NCBI GenBank assembly: GCA_900617105.1
Contig: UYFQ01000318.1
Location: forward strand, 1-40,317
Direction: 5' to 3'
Origin: Hydrurus foetidus
Lineage: Eukaryota
Length of the DNA stretch: 40,317 nucleotides
Shown here: positions 20,901 through 32,800 of the stretch, one piece after another
How positions within the stretch are numbered: position 1 is the stretch's first letter
How the letters are laid out: each line of letters starts with the position of its first letter
Position numbers and translations under genes: made by a program
Notes under the pieces: generated by a model
What the model saw: only the letters and a program-made list of their open reading frames with translations
Told to the model about the DNA's origin: nothing
Database searches by the model: none

Positions 20901-22882
20901 TCCGGGATGACACCGACACGCCTGATACCGTGATAGAACCTCAAATTACACAAGAACAATTGGAGATTCGGGGTGAAATGGAATCAGCTGTCGATGAAAA
21001 TAATAGTATTCCCACTACTGACGAAGTATCTGGGCCAGAAACTAATTTTGAATCGGTATCGGAGGAGCAACCAGAGGCACTACCTACCTCCGTGCGTTCG
21101 TACGTGCCCAGTGCACCCATTGAAATGCGTGAGAAATCGACGAGAATTCGAAAGCCACCAGACAGACTCAATTTAGTAGCTCGAAAACTACCTATTTCAA
21201 CGTGGAAAGAAGGAATTAGGGGTGAATAGTCATTAATGACAGTCACCCGGGCACTGAAACTTTTTCCGGACAAGGCTACCGCAGCCATCGAGTCAGAGGT
21301 CAAATCACTACTGGCAAAGGGGACATTTTCGGGTGTGCACATGGAACAGCTATCACCTACTCAGAAGCAGAAGATACTGCGTTCTAACATAAATGTTGTG
21401 GAGAAATATCTTCCAACACTGAATTCGAATGGTGATCGCCAGATCGACAAGGTCAAGGCACGTTTCTGTGTGGATGGGCGTGCACAAGTTAGAGAAGACT
21501 ACGCTGCAGATGAAGTTGAGTCACCTACAGCGACTATAGCTTCCATCTTTACAGTTGCACAAATTGCTGCTTTGGAAAACCGTTTCATTATGGTCGGGGA
21601 CGTTGGGTCCGCGTACCTCAACGCCGATATGCCTAAGGAAAAACCGGATAAAATCCTCCATATGTTCATTGATAAGAATGTGGCCGACGCAATCATCAAA
21701 CAAGACAAATCATTTGAGTGCTACCGAAGACACAATGGAGGGTTAGTGGTGAGACTGGACAAAGCACTTTACGGGTGTATCGAGTCCGCCAAACTATGGT
21801 ATAACGAAATAGCCGGAACACTTGGCCGTAATGGGTTTACGGCTAACCCGCGCGATATTTGCGTCTTCAATAAGGACGTCAAAGGGAACCAATTTACTAT
21901 CCTAGTCTACGTAGACGACTTAATGATGACGTGTGTGGACAAGAAAGCAGTTTTGGATTTTGAGCAAACTTTGCTGAAAACGTACGGACAATTCCGTACC
22001 ACTCAAGAGCGTGTCGTACCGTACTTAGGTTGCACGTGGGATTTCACTGAGGAAGGATTTGTAAAGGTCACACAGATCGAAATGATTCAAGATCTGATAT
22101 CATCAAGGGAAAAAAGCCATGCCGAACGAGGTATGAACCTCATTGGGAATCCATCGTCACCCGGTGCCCCACACCTATTTGAGCGGACCTTGGACTGCAA
22201 ATTTCTGAATGAGAAAGACGCTAAAACCTTCCATACGGACGTCGCTACAGCGCTATACCTGGGGAACCGAACGCGTCCGGATATCGTATTAGTGTTAGGT
22301 GAACTTTGCAAACGTGTAAAGGCACCAACAACAGAAGACGACAAGAAACTTGATAGGCTCATATGCTATCTGAGGTCTACTAGAGACAAGCCCCTACGAC
22401 TCGGTTGCACATTACCACCGACAGTCACAGTATCAATTGATGCTGCATTTGCTAACAGAGAACAAATGAAATCAACCTCAGGAATGTGTGTCACATTGGG
22501 GGTGGGATATTTTATTACGAGTTCCAAGGTCCACAGTCTCAATTCCAAGTCAAGTACGGAGTCCGAGATCATTGCAGTTTCCGACGGCATGAACATTCCG
22601 CTATGGCTTGCTGGGTTTACTGCGTACCAAGGACATGGAAAACACCCAGTGAGGCTGGAACAAGACAATCAGTCATGCATTGCGTTGCTGAAAAAAGGTC
22701 GGTCTACCGCAGAGACCAACCGGTTTATTGAGGTACGGAAATTCTGGATCTCAGACTACATCCGTATCGGTGCCGTAAACATTATCTACGTGCCCACCGA
22801 GGATATGACATCCGATTACTACACCAAGCCACTACAAGGAACAATTTTTTCCAAGATGGTGAAGAAAATTATGGGAAATTAA
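17963..22882 (+). CDS. gag-pol: Copia Gag-Pol polyprotein with one in-frame TAG (21227-21229) between IN and RT
   Basis: Zinc knuckle CYYCKKVGHRASEC; protease IFDTGA; integrase HCDVMF/TSDNE/IERMIR; RT KARFCVDG, LDKALYG and YVDDL; RNase H SIDAAF, SSTESE, QDN and SDYYTKPL. Both ORFs are in the same frame, and the first starts at GTG. Confidence 0.93.
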
Positions 22883-23046
22883 GTAGTATACACTATTGAC
22901 TTACAGTTGAGCTATTTTTTAAAATTTTATTAGCAACAATACATGTTATGATCACTATAGCTTACAGCAGATACAAATACGATTTATGTTTCATTCACAT
23001 GAAGAAATATGAATATGCCGCCTGAATGCTTATGACATTAGGGGTG

Positions 23047-23426
23047 TGTTGGATATAGCATAGCTATCCCTATGGGGACAATCCCTTTGGGGTAATATCA
23101 TTCAAGCCCAAGCGGAGGAGCGAGGGTAGCACTTTTGGACCCGAGAACCATCACTCATGTGATGTACTGGAAGTTGCAACTGATGATGACAGTGAACAGT
23201 CAACTGTAGCTAGTATAGCTAGCCATGAACTGCTTTGTATTGACACCCTGAGCACTTCTAATTAAAAGAGACTATATGGCTGTGTGCCATTATACCTACA
23301 CTAGAGTGAACTGTTGGAGCAACTTTGGTCGACTAGCTGAAAGCAAAGTGTGTTCTAAACGAATCACTGCTATCAACCAGGTGCTCTGACTGGATCTAGG
23401 ATGCACAAGACAGTTTTAGTCCAAGA
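23047..23426 (+). repeat. Copia 3' LTR (380 bp, TG...GA)
   Basis: TGTTGGA...TCCAAGA followed by TSD GTGGG. Confidence 0.93.
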
Positions 23427-25757
23427 GTGGGCCCACACAGGTTCTGTACGTACATCACCCTGTCCTGGACGTAGCAATAGGCTTATCTGGCATCGAGGAC
23501 CTCCTGTACACTGTACTCTGTACTCTGTACTCTGTATAATGCAGCATACAGCAGCTACAACACCGCTCCAATATCTTACGTCCAGAGAACCTCATGACAT
23601 CGTGACACCTGTCCACGCGTAGTCATCGCTGGTATCTGAGATTCGACCGTTAGTCGAAAAGTAGTGTAGCAGCACCAAACACCACGGATCTCGAAATCCC
23701 GAGATTTGATTCCATGATTGATTTGTCGAATATATGGCGAAAGCTGCCAAGGTTGAGAGGCCTTTATTTGCTGAATTCTGAGCGCTGTTCTGGGTTGCCA
23801 TCATCGCCATCATCGGTTACTGCGGCAGATTCCACTTCGGCGAGTCCTCCCTCGCTTCGAGCTTCTCCAACGGTCGGTAAGTCTTCTTCGAGAATTGCCG
23901 GGGTGTTCATTGTTCAGTGTTCCATACACATCTCATAGAATATACGTATATTTACTGTGGGCCCACACAGGTTCTGTACGTACATCACCCTGTCCTGGAC
24001 GTAGCAATAGGCTTATCTGGCATCGAGGACCTCCTGTACACTGTACTCTGTACTCTGTACTCTGTATAATGCAGCATACAGCAGCTACAACACCGCTCCA
24101 ATATCTTACGTCCAGAGAACCTCATGACATCGTGACACCTGTCCACGCGTAGTCATGGCTGGTATCTGAGATTCGACCGTTAGTCGAAAAGTAGTGTAGC
24201 AGCACCAAACACCACGGATCTCGAAATCCCGAGATTTGATTCCATGATTGATTTGTCGAATATATGGCGAAAACTGCCAAGGCTGAGAGGCCTTTATTTG
24301 CTGAATTCTGAGCGCTGTTCTGGGTTGTCATCATCGCCATCATCGGTTACTGCGGCAGATTCCACTTCGGCGAGTCCTCCCTCGCTTCGAGCTTCTCCAA
24401 CGGTCGGTAAGTCTTCTTCGAGAATTGCCGGGGTGTTCATTGTTCAGTGTTCCATACACATCTCATAGAATATACGTATGTTTACTGTGGGCCCACACAG
24501 GTTCTGTACGTACATCACCCTGTCCTGGACGTAGCAATAGGCTTATCTGGCATCGAGGACCTCCTGTACACTGTACTCTGTACTCTGTACTCTGTATAAT
24601 GCAGCATACAGCAGCTACAACACCGCTCCAATATCTTACGTCCAGAGAACCTCATGACATCGTGACACCTGTCCACGCGTAGTCATGGCTGGTATCTGAG
24701 ATTCGACACCAAACACCACGGATCTCGAAATCCCGAGATTTGATTCCATGATTGATTTGTCGAATATATGGCGAAAACTGCCAAGGCTGAGAGGCCTTTA
24801 TTTGCTGAATTCTGAGCGCTGTTCTGGGTTGCCATCATCGCCATCATCGGTTACTGCGGCAGATTCCACTTCGGCGAGTCCTCCCTCGCTTCGAGCTTCT
24901 CCAACGGTCGGTAAGTCTTCTTCGAGAATTGCCGGGGCCATCAAATTTGCGTGAACTTGTCCGTGGAATGCTTCATTATTTATTTGTCGTCATTATTCGG
25001 TTATCAGTCTTTGGTCATCATTCCTTGGCCAGTACTTGTTAGCCATCATTCGTTAGCCATTACTCGTCGACCATCTGTTTACAACGGGAGATTCAATTTC
25101 GGCGAATCCTCCCTCGCTTCCAGATAGCACAATCAACGAACTTCTGCCAACTTTATCTTATGTTCGCCTTCCAACTCAATTTTAAACGTGGCTCCCGTTG
25201 AAGAAAGGGAAAACCCCTTGCATTTTTTTGTTGCAAATGCGCCATCGACCCACCTATGTGTCATCGACCAGATTCTCGGAGGAGGAAAGCACCATCGGTC
25301 CGTTGACCATTGCCACCACCACCATAATTTTCATCGCTACTTAACGTTTCATTGCGCGTAATGACGTGTTGCCTTTGTCTGCTTGCCTGATGTTATTGCT
25401 CCTCTACTGACACTCATCAAGAACCGAAATGTTCACGATGTTGCAACCATTTCTATATTGCAACCTTGCTTTTGCTCAAGAGGCATTTGGCCCTATTCGA
25501 AGTCGGTGGAGTTGGGAGTTGGAGAGTTATGGAGTTGCTAGCTGTAAAAAGATCTTTTGAATTTTAGGTTCTTTTTTACCAACTCCGCTCTTGATGCCGG
25601 CCTCTAAATTGTAAATCGAGGGGCTGAGTAAAATTACTGGAGTGGATACCAAAATCAACACTAAAATTTGTTTTGCAACTTTGAGATCCTTTCCTTCCAA
25701 GACATAAAGCATGCATACAGCACATATACAGCAAAACGATACACTATCACTGGAGCA

Positions 25758-27069
25758 ATGAGCGATTCCGATTCAGATTCAGGATCTGACTCTGTCTCTA
25801 ATCAGAGAAGTTGCTCATCAGATGCATCCGGCAAAGCTCATGATAGCAGAAGCTTTCATATCAATTATCGAACCCCTGATCCTCTACCTGGCGGATTTGT
25901 CCTCTTCAATGGAGGAGATGACACCCTCCTCGAAGAACGCCCAATCATGACGTGCGCGTCATACGCCACACCAGTAACATTGAAGAAGAAAGTAATCCGA
26001 CGAACGAACGCTCAGATATAAGCTGATACTCTGGAAAAGAATGCTGTGAAAATTGCGAAGTTAGAAGTAACCGCTTCAAAAGAATCAGCAAAAAGATAAG
26101 CTGAAAGTACTGCTGATACTTTCGTTGAACTCAAGGAGAAAAGACACGCTGTGCAGGTTCCACGATCAAATTGGACAGTCGAGGAGCAGATATGCCTCAT
26201 AAGATCTTATAAGAAATGGGAGGTTTCGTGCGAGAAATCGCAAGACAAAAACTCTGTCAGATCACCAAAATGTGGCTGGTCGAAATCCCAGCGCTGATGG
26301 CAACCGATTTTGGAAGAGTTCGGCTCACTCCATCAAACTCAATGGGATCTTTTCCGTACAAGTCCAAGTGGCAGGATATCCGCAAGAAAGTAAGCGATTA
26401 TAAGGCCGCACAACCTGACGGTCGAGAAGAGGAATTGCCGGATTCTGAGGCGCCGACAGGGGGTGGCCTGGATGAAAATGGGATAGAAATGAGAGGACGG
26501 AAAGGGCCGGAGAACTCGAGCAAATCAGTGCAGTGAAGAGAAATGAAAGATTCCTTGAGAATATCGACAAGGAGTCCCTTACCGTCATCGAATACTTTAT
26601 GAAGACATATCCTCAATCTATAACTGGAGTAGGAATTCTGAGCGAGAATGATCTCATCACAGGTGCAGGCCGCAAACGTGAAAGCTGCCAGATTCTCGGC
26701 ATTCATGATTCTACAGTATTAGGCGGGGTAGATGATGTTTCCACGGTAAAGAAGATCAGTAAGTCGATTCTTATTATGGACTTGACAAAGACAGCAGTTG
26801 CTCATCATGAAGAAAGCATGGAGTTCCAGAGGATGAATTTCGAGTACCAGAAAGAGAGCAAGAAAGAAGACATCGAGAGACTGAATGCCCGTGATGTTCG
26901 CGAGGTTAATTACCGGGACCAATTAGATATCAGAGAACAGGGGAGATATAACGCTGAGCAACAGCGACTGGCTCTAGAGCAGACAAGGCTAATTACCGCT
27001 CAAGAGGATACTGAAAATATCAATGCTATTCTTGGAGGTTTCCTGACTAGCATGCTTGCTAAATTGTAG
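25758..27069 (+). pseudogene. Frameshifted Myb/SANT-like accessory gene with a coiled-coil C-terminus
   Basis: Fragments MSDSDSD..., NWTVEEQICLIRSYKKW, KMWLVEIP...YKSKWQDIRKKVSDYK...PTGGG and an E/Q/R-rich tail lie in different frames, with an internal stop. Confidence 0.7.
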
Positions 27070-27072
27070 TAT

Positions 27073-28597
27073 TCATTGATCATACGCATGAGCTTCTGGA
27101 CCATACACTTCTCTAATCTGATGTAGAGGAATAGGAATGCCTTCACGCGCATCGATCCATAGATCGAAAATTGATCGCAATTTCATTCTGTAGTTTGCAA
27201 CAAATGCCGCTGCATTTTGTGCCATAGGTAATCCTACAATTAAATTCATTGTATGAGGAAACAACTTTTAATAAGGTAATCATAAACTTCTTGGACTCAC
27301 CGTTGTTTCTCAAGACTCTGTCGCAGGCAGCATTGATTTCGTTTCTATCGGCCAGCCTCTCCTCATCATTTCGCACTGCTGCATCTTCCTCCGCATTTAC
27401 ATCGCCAGCATCAATGCATATGTTATGCAACACACAAGCACACAGAATCAGCTGTGGAATCAGAGCAGTGTTCTCAGCAATCGAGTGCTGGTGAAGCCGG
27501 CGCCACTTCATCTTCAGAAGACCAAATGCATTTTCGACAACACATCGTGCACGACTAATGCTAGTGTTGAACGAACTTTCAAGGCGATTATGAGCTGATA
27601 AGTCGGGTGCAACAAAACAAGTCCTCTTGTGAAATCCACCGTCGGCCAATATCATATACGGCTGAGGAAATAAGGTAACATCCCGTTGTACAAATAGATT
27701 CGTCAAAAATCTAGATCGAGCAACGGCACCAGTGTCACATGTTGAACCGGGCCAACGAGAGTCAGCAAATATGAATCGTTTTCTATGATCACATATAACC
27801 ATCAGACTTAACGAGTACGCTTGTTTCCTCTTGCTCCAGAATTCGCGAGGAATAAAATCAACTGCATGAGGAGATGCAATCTTAATTATACTACCATCTA
27901 TAGACCCAAATAAATAAGGTATCTGACATTTACTATAGAACCAGGCAGCTGAAACTCTTCGTCCTTCTTCAAGTGGAAACGTAATTTTCGGATATGGGCA
28001 TCCCTCATAATAATAGGCCGACAAAAAAGCTTTGCATCCTCGATCCACTCTTTTACTTATACAGGGCTGGCGCACCCCGAATTCTTTGCCAAGAGCGTGT
28101 TGATCACTTTGAATTGCTAGATACCTTATCAATGTTTCCATTACGACTTTTGCTCTGAGGTAGCGATGTCGTGCTGATTTTAGAGAATATGTCGGTCGGG
28201 TATACAGGAAAGGCACTGCGTCTCTGACGATTCCATTGAAAGTTTCACGTGACATTCGATACTCCTTGTACCACAGCTCCTCCGATCCAGTATATACATC
28301 CCAGAAGACCTGTTCAGATTTTCTTGTAGGATCCGAGGAATACTGATCCAAAGCAATAATCCGGGCCCAGAGACTCTCCTTTAGAAGCTGTACTGCAGCT
28401 GCGTATTGCTCTACATCCTCCGAAGTTGAGAAAATATCAAGAACATCGACTGAAAGAGGCTTTTGAAAGAGAGGAACGCCGGAATTCCGTTGTCTCGCAT
28501 CGATAAGAATGAAAAAAATGACCACCACAGAGGTAGTCAGTCTTACAAGCCGTTTTCGAATCCTTTGTGCTTCACTTTCCGCAAAATTGGCATCCAT
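27073..28597 (-). CDS. Harbinger (HARBI1-like) DDE transposase with a probable intron at 27234-27300; start uncertain
   Basis: YRMSRETF, FGSIDGS, WPGSTCD, ILADGGF, RARCVVENAFGLLKMKWRRL and CACVLHNIC; a GTGAGT...TTGTAG splice joins to ORF 27073-27264. Confidence 0.9.
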
Positions 28598-29069
28598 GAA
28601 GTCGACTGGAGAGGTGCACTTTGATGCACTGTCGCCGATGACGTTCGATGTGCGATAGCTGACTGACAATCGCTGATAATTTTCTTGTCAAATTTTATAT
28701 AAGGATACTCAACTCTTATCTCGAACTCCACAACGACATCCAAATGAGTGGAAGTAGTGTGGATTACCATCTAAAATTTTACGCTATTTTTGCTGCCAAC
28801 TCCCAACTCCACCGACTTGGAATAGGGCCAATTGTGCTCTCTGGCGCTAGCGTCATTACTTTGTCTTGATGAGATATCCTTCACTATCAATTTAGGCTGC
28901 TTTTTGTTTGTATCGTGGAATTCCTGCATAAGCTGCGCAGTTTATATCTTCGATATATCTGTCAGTCACTGTTTATGATAAAAATAAGAAAAGTTTGGAA
29001 TTCTGACACTTTCTTGCCCTCGCATTATGCAAATATTAATTTACCGTTCGCATATAGTGTCTGTATTCA

Positions 29070-29328
29070 GGCCATTCCTTGTGGGAGACAAAGTACAAAA
29101 TACAAAATTTGAGTTTTTCTTTTTTTGGTGATATTTGGCGCAACTTTGTCTCGCCGATTTCCCAGACAAATTTTCACGTCTGTTTTGTCTCGGAAGGACC
29201 CGACAAAGTTGAAAAACCAAAAAAATGGATTTTATTTTTTGTTTTGGTCACCACAAGGTACGATAGCGCGAGACAAAGTCAACAAAAACTCCAATTTTGT
29301 ACTTTGTTTACTCCCACAAGGAATGCAC
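29070..29328. mobile_element. Tourist-like (PIF/Harbinger) MITE, 259 bp
   Basis: TIRs GGCCATTCCTTGTGGGAG..ACAAAGTACAAAA versus reverse complement GTGCATTCCTTGTGGGAGTAAACAAAGTACAAAA; TCA TSD (29067-29069, 29329-29331); non-coding. Confidence 0.85.
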
Positions 29329-29763
29329 TCACAAGGCTTAAAAGTCAAACTAGTTACAAAATATGAGTACGGAATCTTATTTGATTTTTAGTATCCCGTA
29401 TTTGTCGTCTTTGGTATCACTTACATATGCATACACGTCTTATATAATGTAGACAACACATCACTGCATTTATTTTACTGTCACCTACATCCGCTTCATC
29501 AACTATATTCAATCAAAGTTTAGATGTATTTCGGGATCAATTCAGTAATACGGTCGCTTCTCGGTAAAGGTGAAGGGCAGTACTGCAAGTATTTATTCGC
29601 TTTAGAGGAACGATTTGGGAACGATGGTAAAGATAGAAATGTTGAAGTGACAGTGGAGTAAATAATCGATAAAAATTCAACAAAAGCAAGCCGAGATTTT
29701 GTCTAAGACTTTGATCATACATAAAAGGCAATCCCTATAGAAGGGGTTCGACCTCCAGGGAAC

Positions 29764-29818
29764 ATCTCTACATGGTCACTAGCGCCCCCCCCCCACCAGC
29801 CAGTGATCATGTAGAGAT
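29764..29818. other. 20-bp inverted repeat with a C-rich loop (hairpin)
   Basis: ATCTCTACATGGTCACTAGC and GCCAGTGATCATGTAGAGAT are 18/20 complementary around GCCCCCCCCCCACCA. Confidence 0.8.
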
Positions 29819-29847
29819 ACCACCTCTGGTGTAAACTTTGCCCAAAA

Positions 29848-32800
29848 AGGTTCTGTACGTACATCACCCTGTCCTGGACGTAGCAATAGGCTTATCTGGC
29901 ATCGAGGACCTCCTGTACACTGTACTCTGTACTCTGTACTCTGTACTCTGTATAATGCAGCATACAGCAGCTACAACACCGCTCCAATATCTTACGTCCA
30001 GAGAACCTCATGACATCGTGACACCTGTCCACGCGTAGTCATGGCTGGTATCTGAGATTCGACCGTTAGTCGAAAAGTAGTGTAGCAGCACCAAACACCA
30101 CGGATCTCAAAATCCCGAGATTTGATTCCATGATTGATTTGTCGAATATATGGCGAAAGCTGCCAAGGTTGAGAGGCCTTTATTTGCTGAATTCTGAGCG
30201 CTGTTCTGGGTTGCCATCATCGCCATCATCGGTTACTGCGGCAGATTCCACTTCGGCGAGTCCTCCCTCGCTTCGAGCTTCTCCAACGGTCGGTAAGTCT
30301 TCTTCGAGAATTGCCGGGGTGTTCATTGTTCAGTGTTCCATACACATCTCATAGAATATACGTATGTTTACTGTGGGCCCACACAGGTTCTGTACGTACA
30401 TCACCCTGTCCTGGACGTAGCAATAGGCTTATCTGGCATCGAGGACCTCCTGTACACTGTACTCTGTACTCTGTACTCTGTATAATGCAGCATACAGCAG
30501 CTACAACACCGCTCCAATATCTTACGTCCAGAGAACCTCATGACATCGTGACACCTGTCCACGCGTAGTCATGGCTGGTATCTGAGATTCGACCGTTAGT
30601 CGAAAAGTAGTGTAGCAGCACCAAACACCACGGATCTCAAAATCCCGAGATTTGATTCCATGATTGATTTGTCGAATATATGGCGAAAGCTGCCAAGGTT
30701 GAGAGGCCTTTATTTGCTGAATTCTGAGCGCTGTTCTGGGTTGCCATCATCGCCATCATCGGTTACTGCGGCAGATTCCACTTCGGCGAGTCCTCCCTCG
30801 CTTCGAGCTTCTCCAACGGTCGGTAAGTCTTCTTCGAGAATTGCCGGGGTGTTCATTGTTCAGTGTTCCATACACATCTCATAGATATACGTATGTTTAC
30901 TGTGGGCCCACACAGGTTCTGTACGTACATCACCCTGTCCTGGACGTAGCAATAGGCTTATCTGGCATCGAGGACCTCCTGTACACTGTACTCTGTACTC
31001 TGTACTCTGTATAATGCAGCATACAGCAGCTACAACACCGCTCCAATATCTTACGTCCAGAGAACCTCATGACATCGTGACACCTGTCCACGCGTAGTCA
31101 TGGCTGGTATCTGAGATTCGACCGTTAGTCGAAAAGTAGTGTAGCAGCACCAAACACCACGGATCTCAAAATCCCGAGATTTGATTCCATGATTGATTTG
31201 TCGAATATATGGCGAAAGCTGCCAAGGTTGAGAGGCCTTTATTTGCTGAATTCTGAGCGCTGTTCTGGGTTGCCATCATCGCCATCATCGGTTACTGCGG
31301 CAGATTCCACTTCGGCGAGTCCTCCCTCGCTTCGAGCTTCTCCAACGGTCGGTAAGTCTTCTTCGAGAATTGCCGGGGTGTTCATTGTTCAGTGTTCCAT
31401 ACACATCTCATAGAATATACGTATGTTTACTGTGGGCCCACACAGGTTCTGTACGTACATCACCCTGTCCTGGACGTAGCAATAGGCTTATCTGGCATCG
31501 AGGACCTCCTGTACACTGTACTCTGTACTCTGTACTCTGTATAATGCAGCATACAGCAGCTACAACACCGCTCCAATATCTTACGTCCAGAGAACCTCAT
31601 GACATCGTGACACCTGTCCACGCGTAGTCATGGCTGGTATCTGAGATTCGACCGTTAGTCGAAAAGTAGTGTAGCAGCACCAAACACCACGGATCTCAAA
31701 ATCCCGAGATTTGATTCCATGATTGATTTGTCGAATATATGGCGAAAGCTGCCAAGGTTGAGAGGCCTTTATTTGCTGAATTCTGAGCGCTGTTCTGGGT
31801 TGCCATCATCGCCATCATCGGTTACTGCGGCAGATTCCACTTCGGCGAGTCCTCCCTCGCTTCGAGCTTCTCCAACGGTCGGTAAGTCTTCTTCGAGAAT
31901 TGCCGGGGTGTTCATTGTTCAGTGTTCCATACACATCTCATAGAATATACGTATGTTTACTGTGGGCCCACACAGGTTCTGTACGTACATCACCCTGTCC
32001 TGGACGTAGCAATAGGCTTATCTGGCATCGAGGACCTCCTGTACACTGTACTCTGTACTCTGTACTCTGTATAATGCAGCATACAGCAGCTACAACACCG
32101 CTCCAATATCTTACGTCCAGAGAACCTCATGACATCGTGACACCTGTCCACGCGTAGTCATGGCTGGTATCTGAGATTCGACCGTTAGTCGAAAAGTAGT
32201 GTAGCAGCACCAAACACCACGGATCTCAAAATCCCGAGATTTGATTCCATGATTGATTTGTCGAATATATGGCGAAAGCTGCCAAGGTTGAGAGGCCTTT
32301 ATTTGCTGAATTCTGAGCGCTGTTCTGGGTTGCCATCATCGCCATCATCGGTTACTGCGGCAGATTCCACTTCGGCGAGTCCTCCCTCGCTTCGAGCTTC
32401 TCCAACGGTCGGTAAGTCTTCTTCGAGAATTGCCGGGGTGTTCATTGTTCAGTGTTCCATACACATCTCATAGAATATACGTATGTTTACTGTGGGCCCA
32501 CACAGGTTCTGTACGTACATCACCCTGTCCTGGACGTAGCAATAGGCTTATCTGGCATCGAGGACCTCCTGTACACTGTACTCTGTACTCTGTACTCTGT
32601 ATAATGCAGCATACAGCAGCTACAACACCGCTCCAATATCTTACGTCCAGAGAACCTCATGACATCGTGACACCTGTCCACGCGTAGTCATGGCTGGTAT
32701 CTGAGATTCGACCGTTAGTCGAAAAGTAGTGTAGCAGCACCAAACACCACGGATCTCAAAATCCCGAGATTTGATTCCATGATTGATTTGTCGAATATAT

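Larger units (their letters stand above)
17544..23426 (+). mobile_element. Full-length Ty1/Copia LTR retrotransposon (CoDi-like)
   Basis: Two LTRs, 5-bp TSD GTGGG (17539-17543, 23427-23431), gag-PR-IN-RT-RH order, and a short PPT AGGGGTG before the 3' LTR. Confidence 0.96.
17486..24937. repeat. 530-bp tandem array, block 1 (3 units starting at 17486, 23904 and 24434; unit 1 split by the Copia element, unit 3 with a 26-bp deletion)
   Basis: Unit TGTTCATTG...GAGAATTGCCGGGG with period 530 (24434 minus 23904). Confidence 0.95.
25488..28830. mobile_element. PIF/Harbinger DNA transposon 4
   Basis: 35-bp TIRs TGGCCCTATTC(G/C)AAGTCGGTGGAGTTGGGAGTTGG with 1 mismatch; ATT TSD (25485-25487, 28831-28833); convergent accessory and transposase genes. 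Confidence 0.93.

Noticed and set aside
29735..29765. tRNA or SINE suggested by GGTTCGACC
   Set aside because: No A box or cloverleaf could be built.
30575..30810. Hammerhead or HDV ribozyme (retrozyme) in the repeat unit: CTGAGA-TTCGAC/GTCGAA-AA and GCGAG-TCCTCC-CTCGC hairpins
   Set aside because: The CUGANGA core lacks a base and GAAA is inside the stem; the HDV P1/P1.1 pairings could not be built. An Infernal or RNAmotif scan would settle it.
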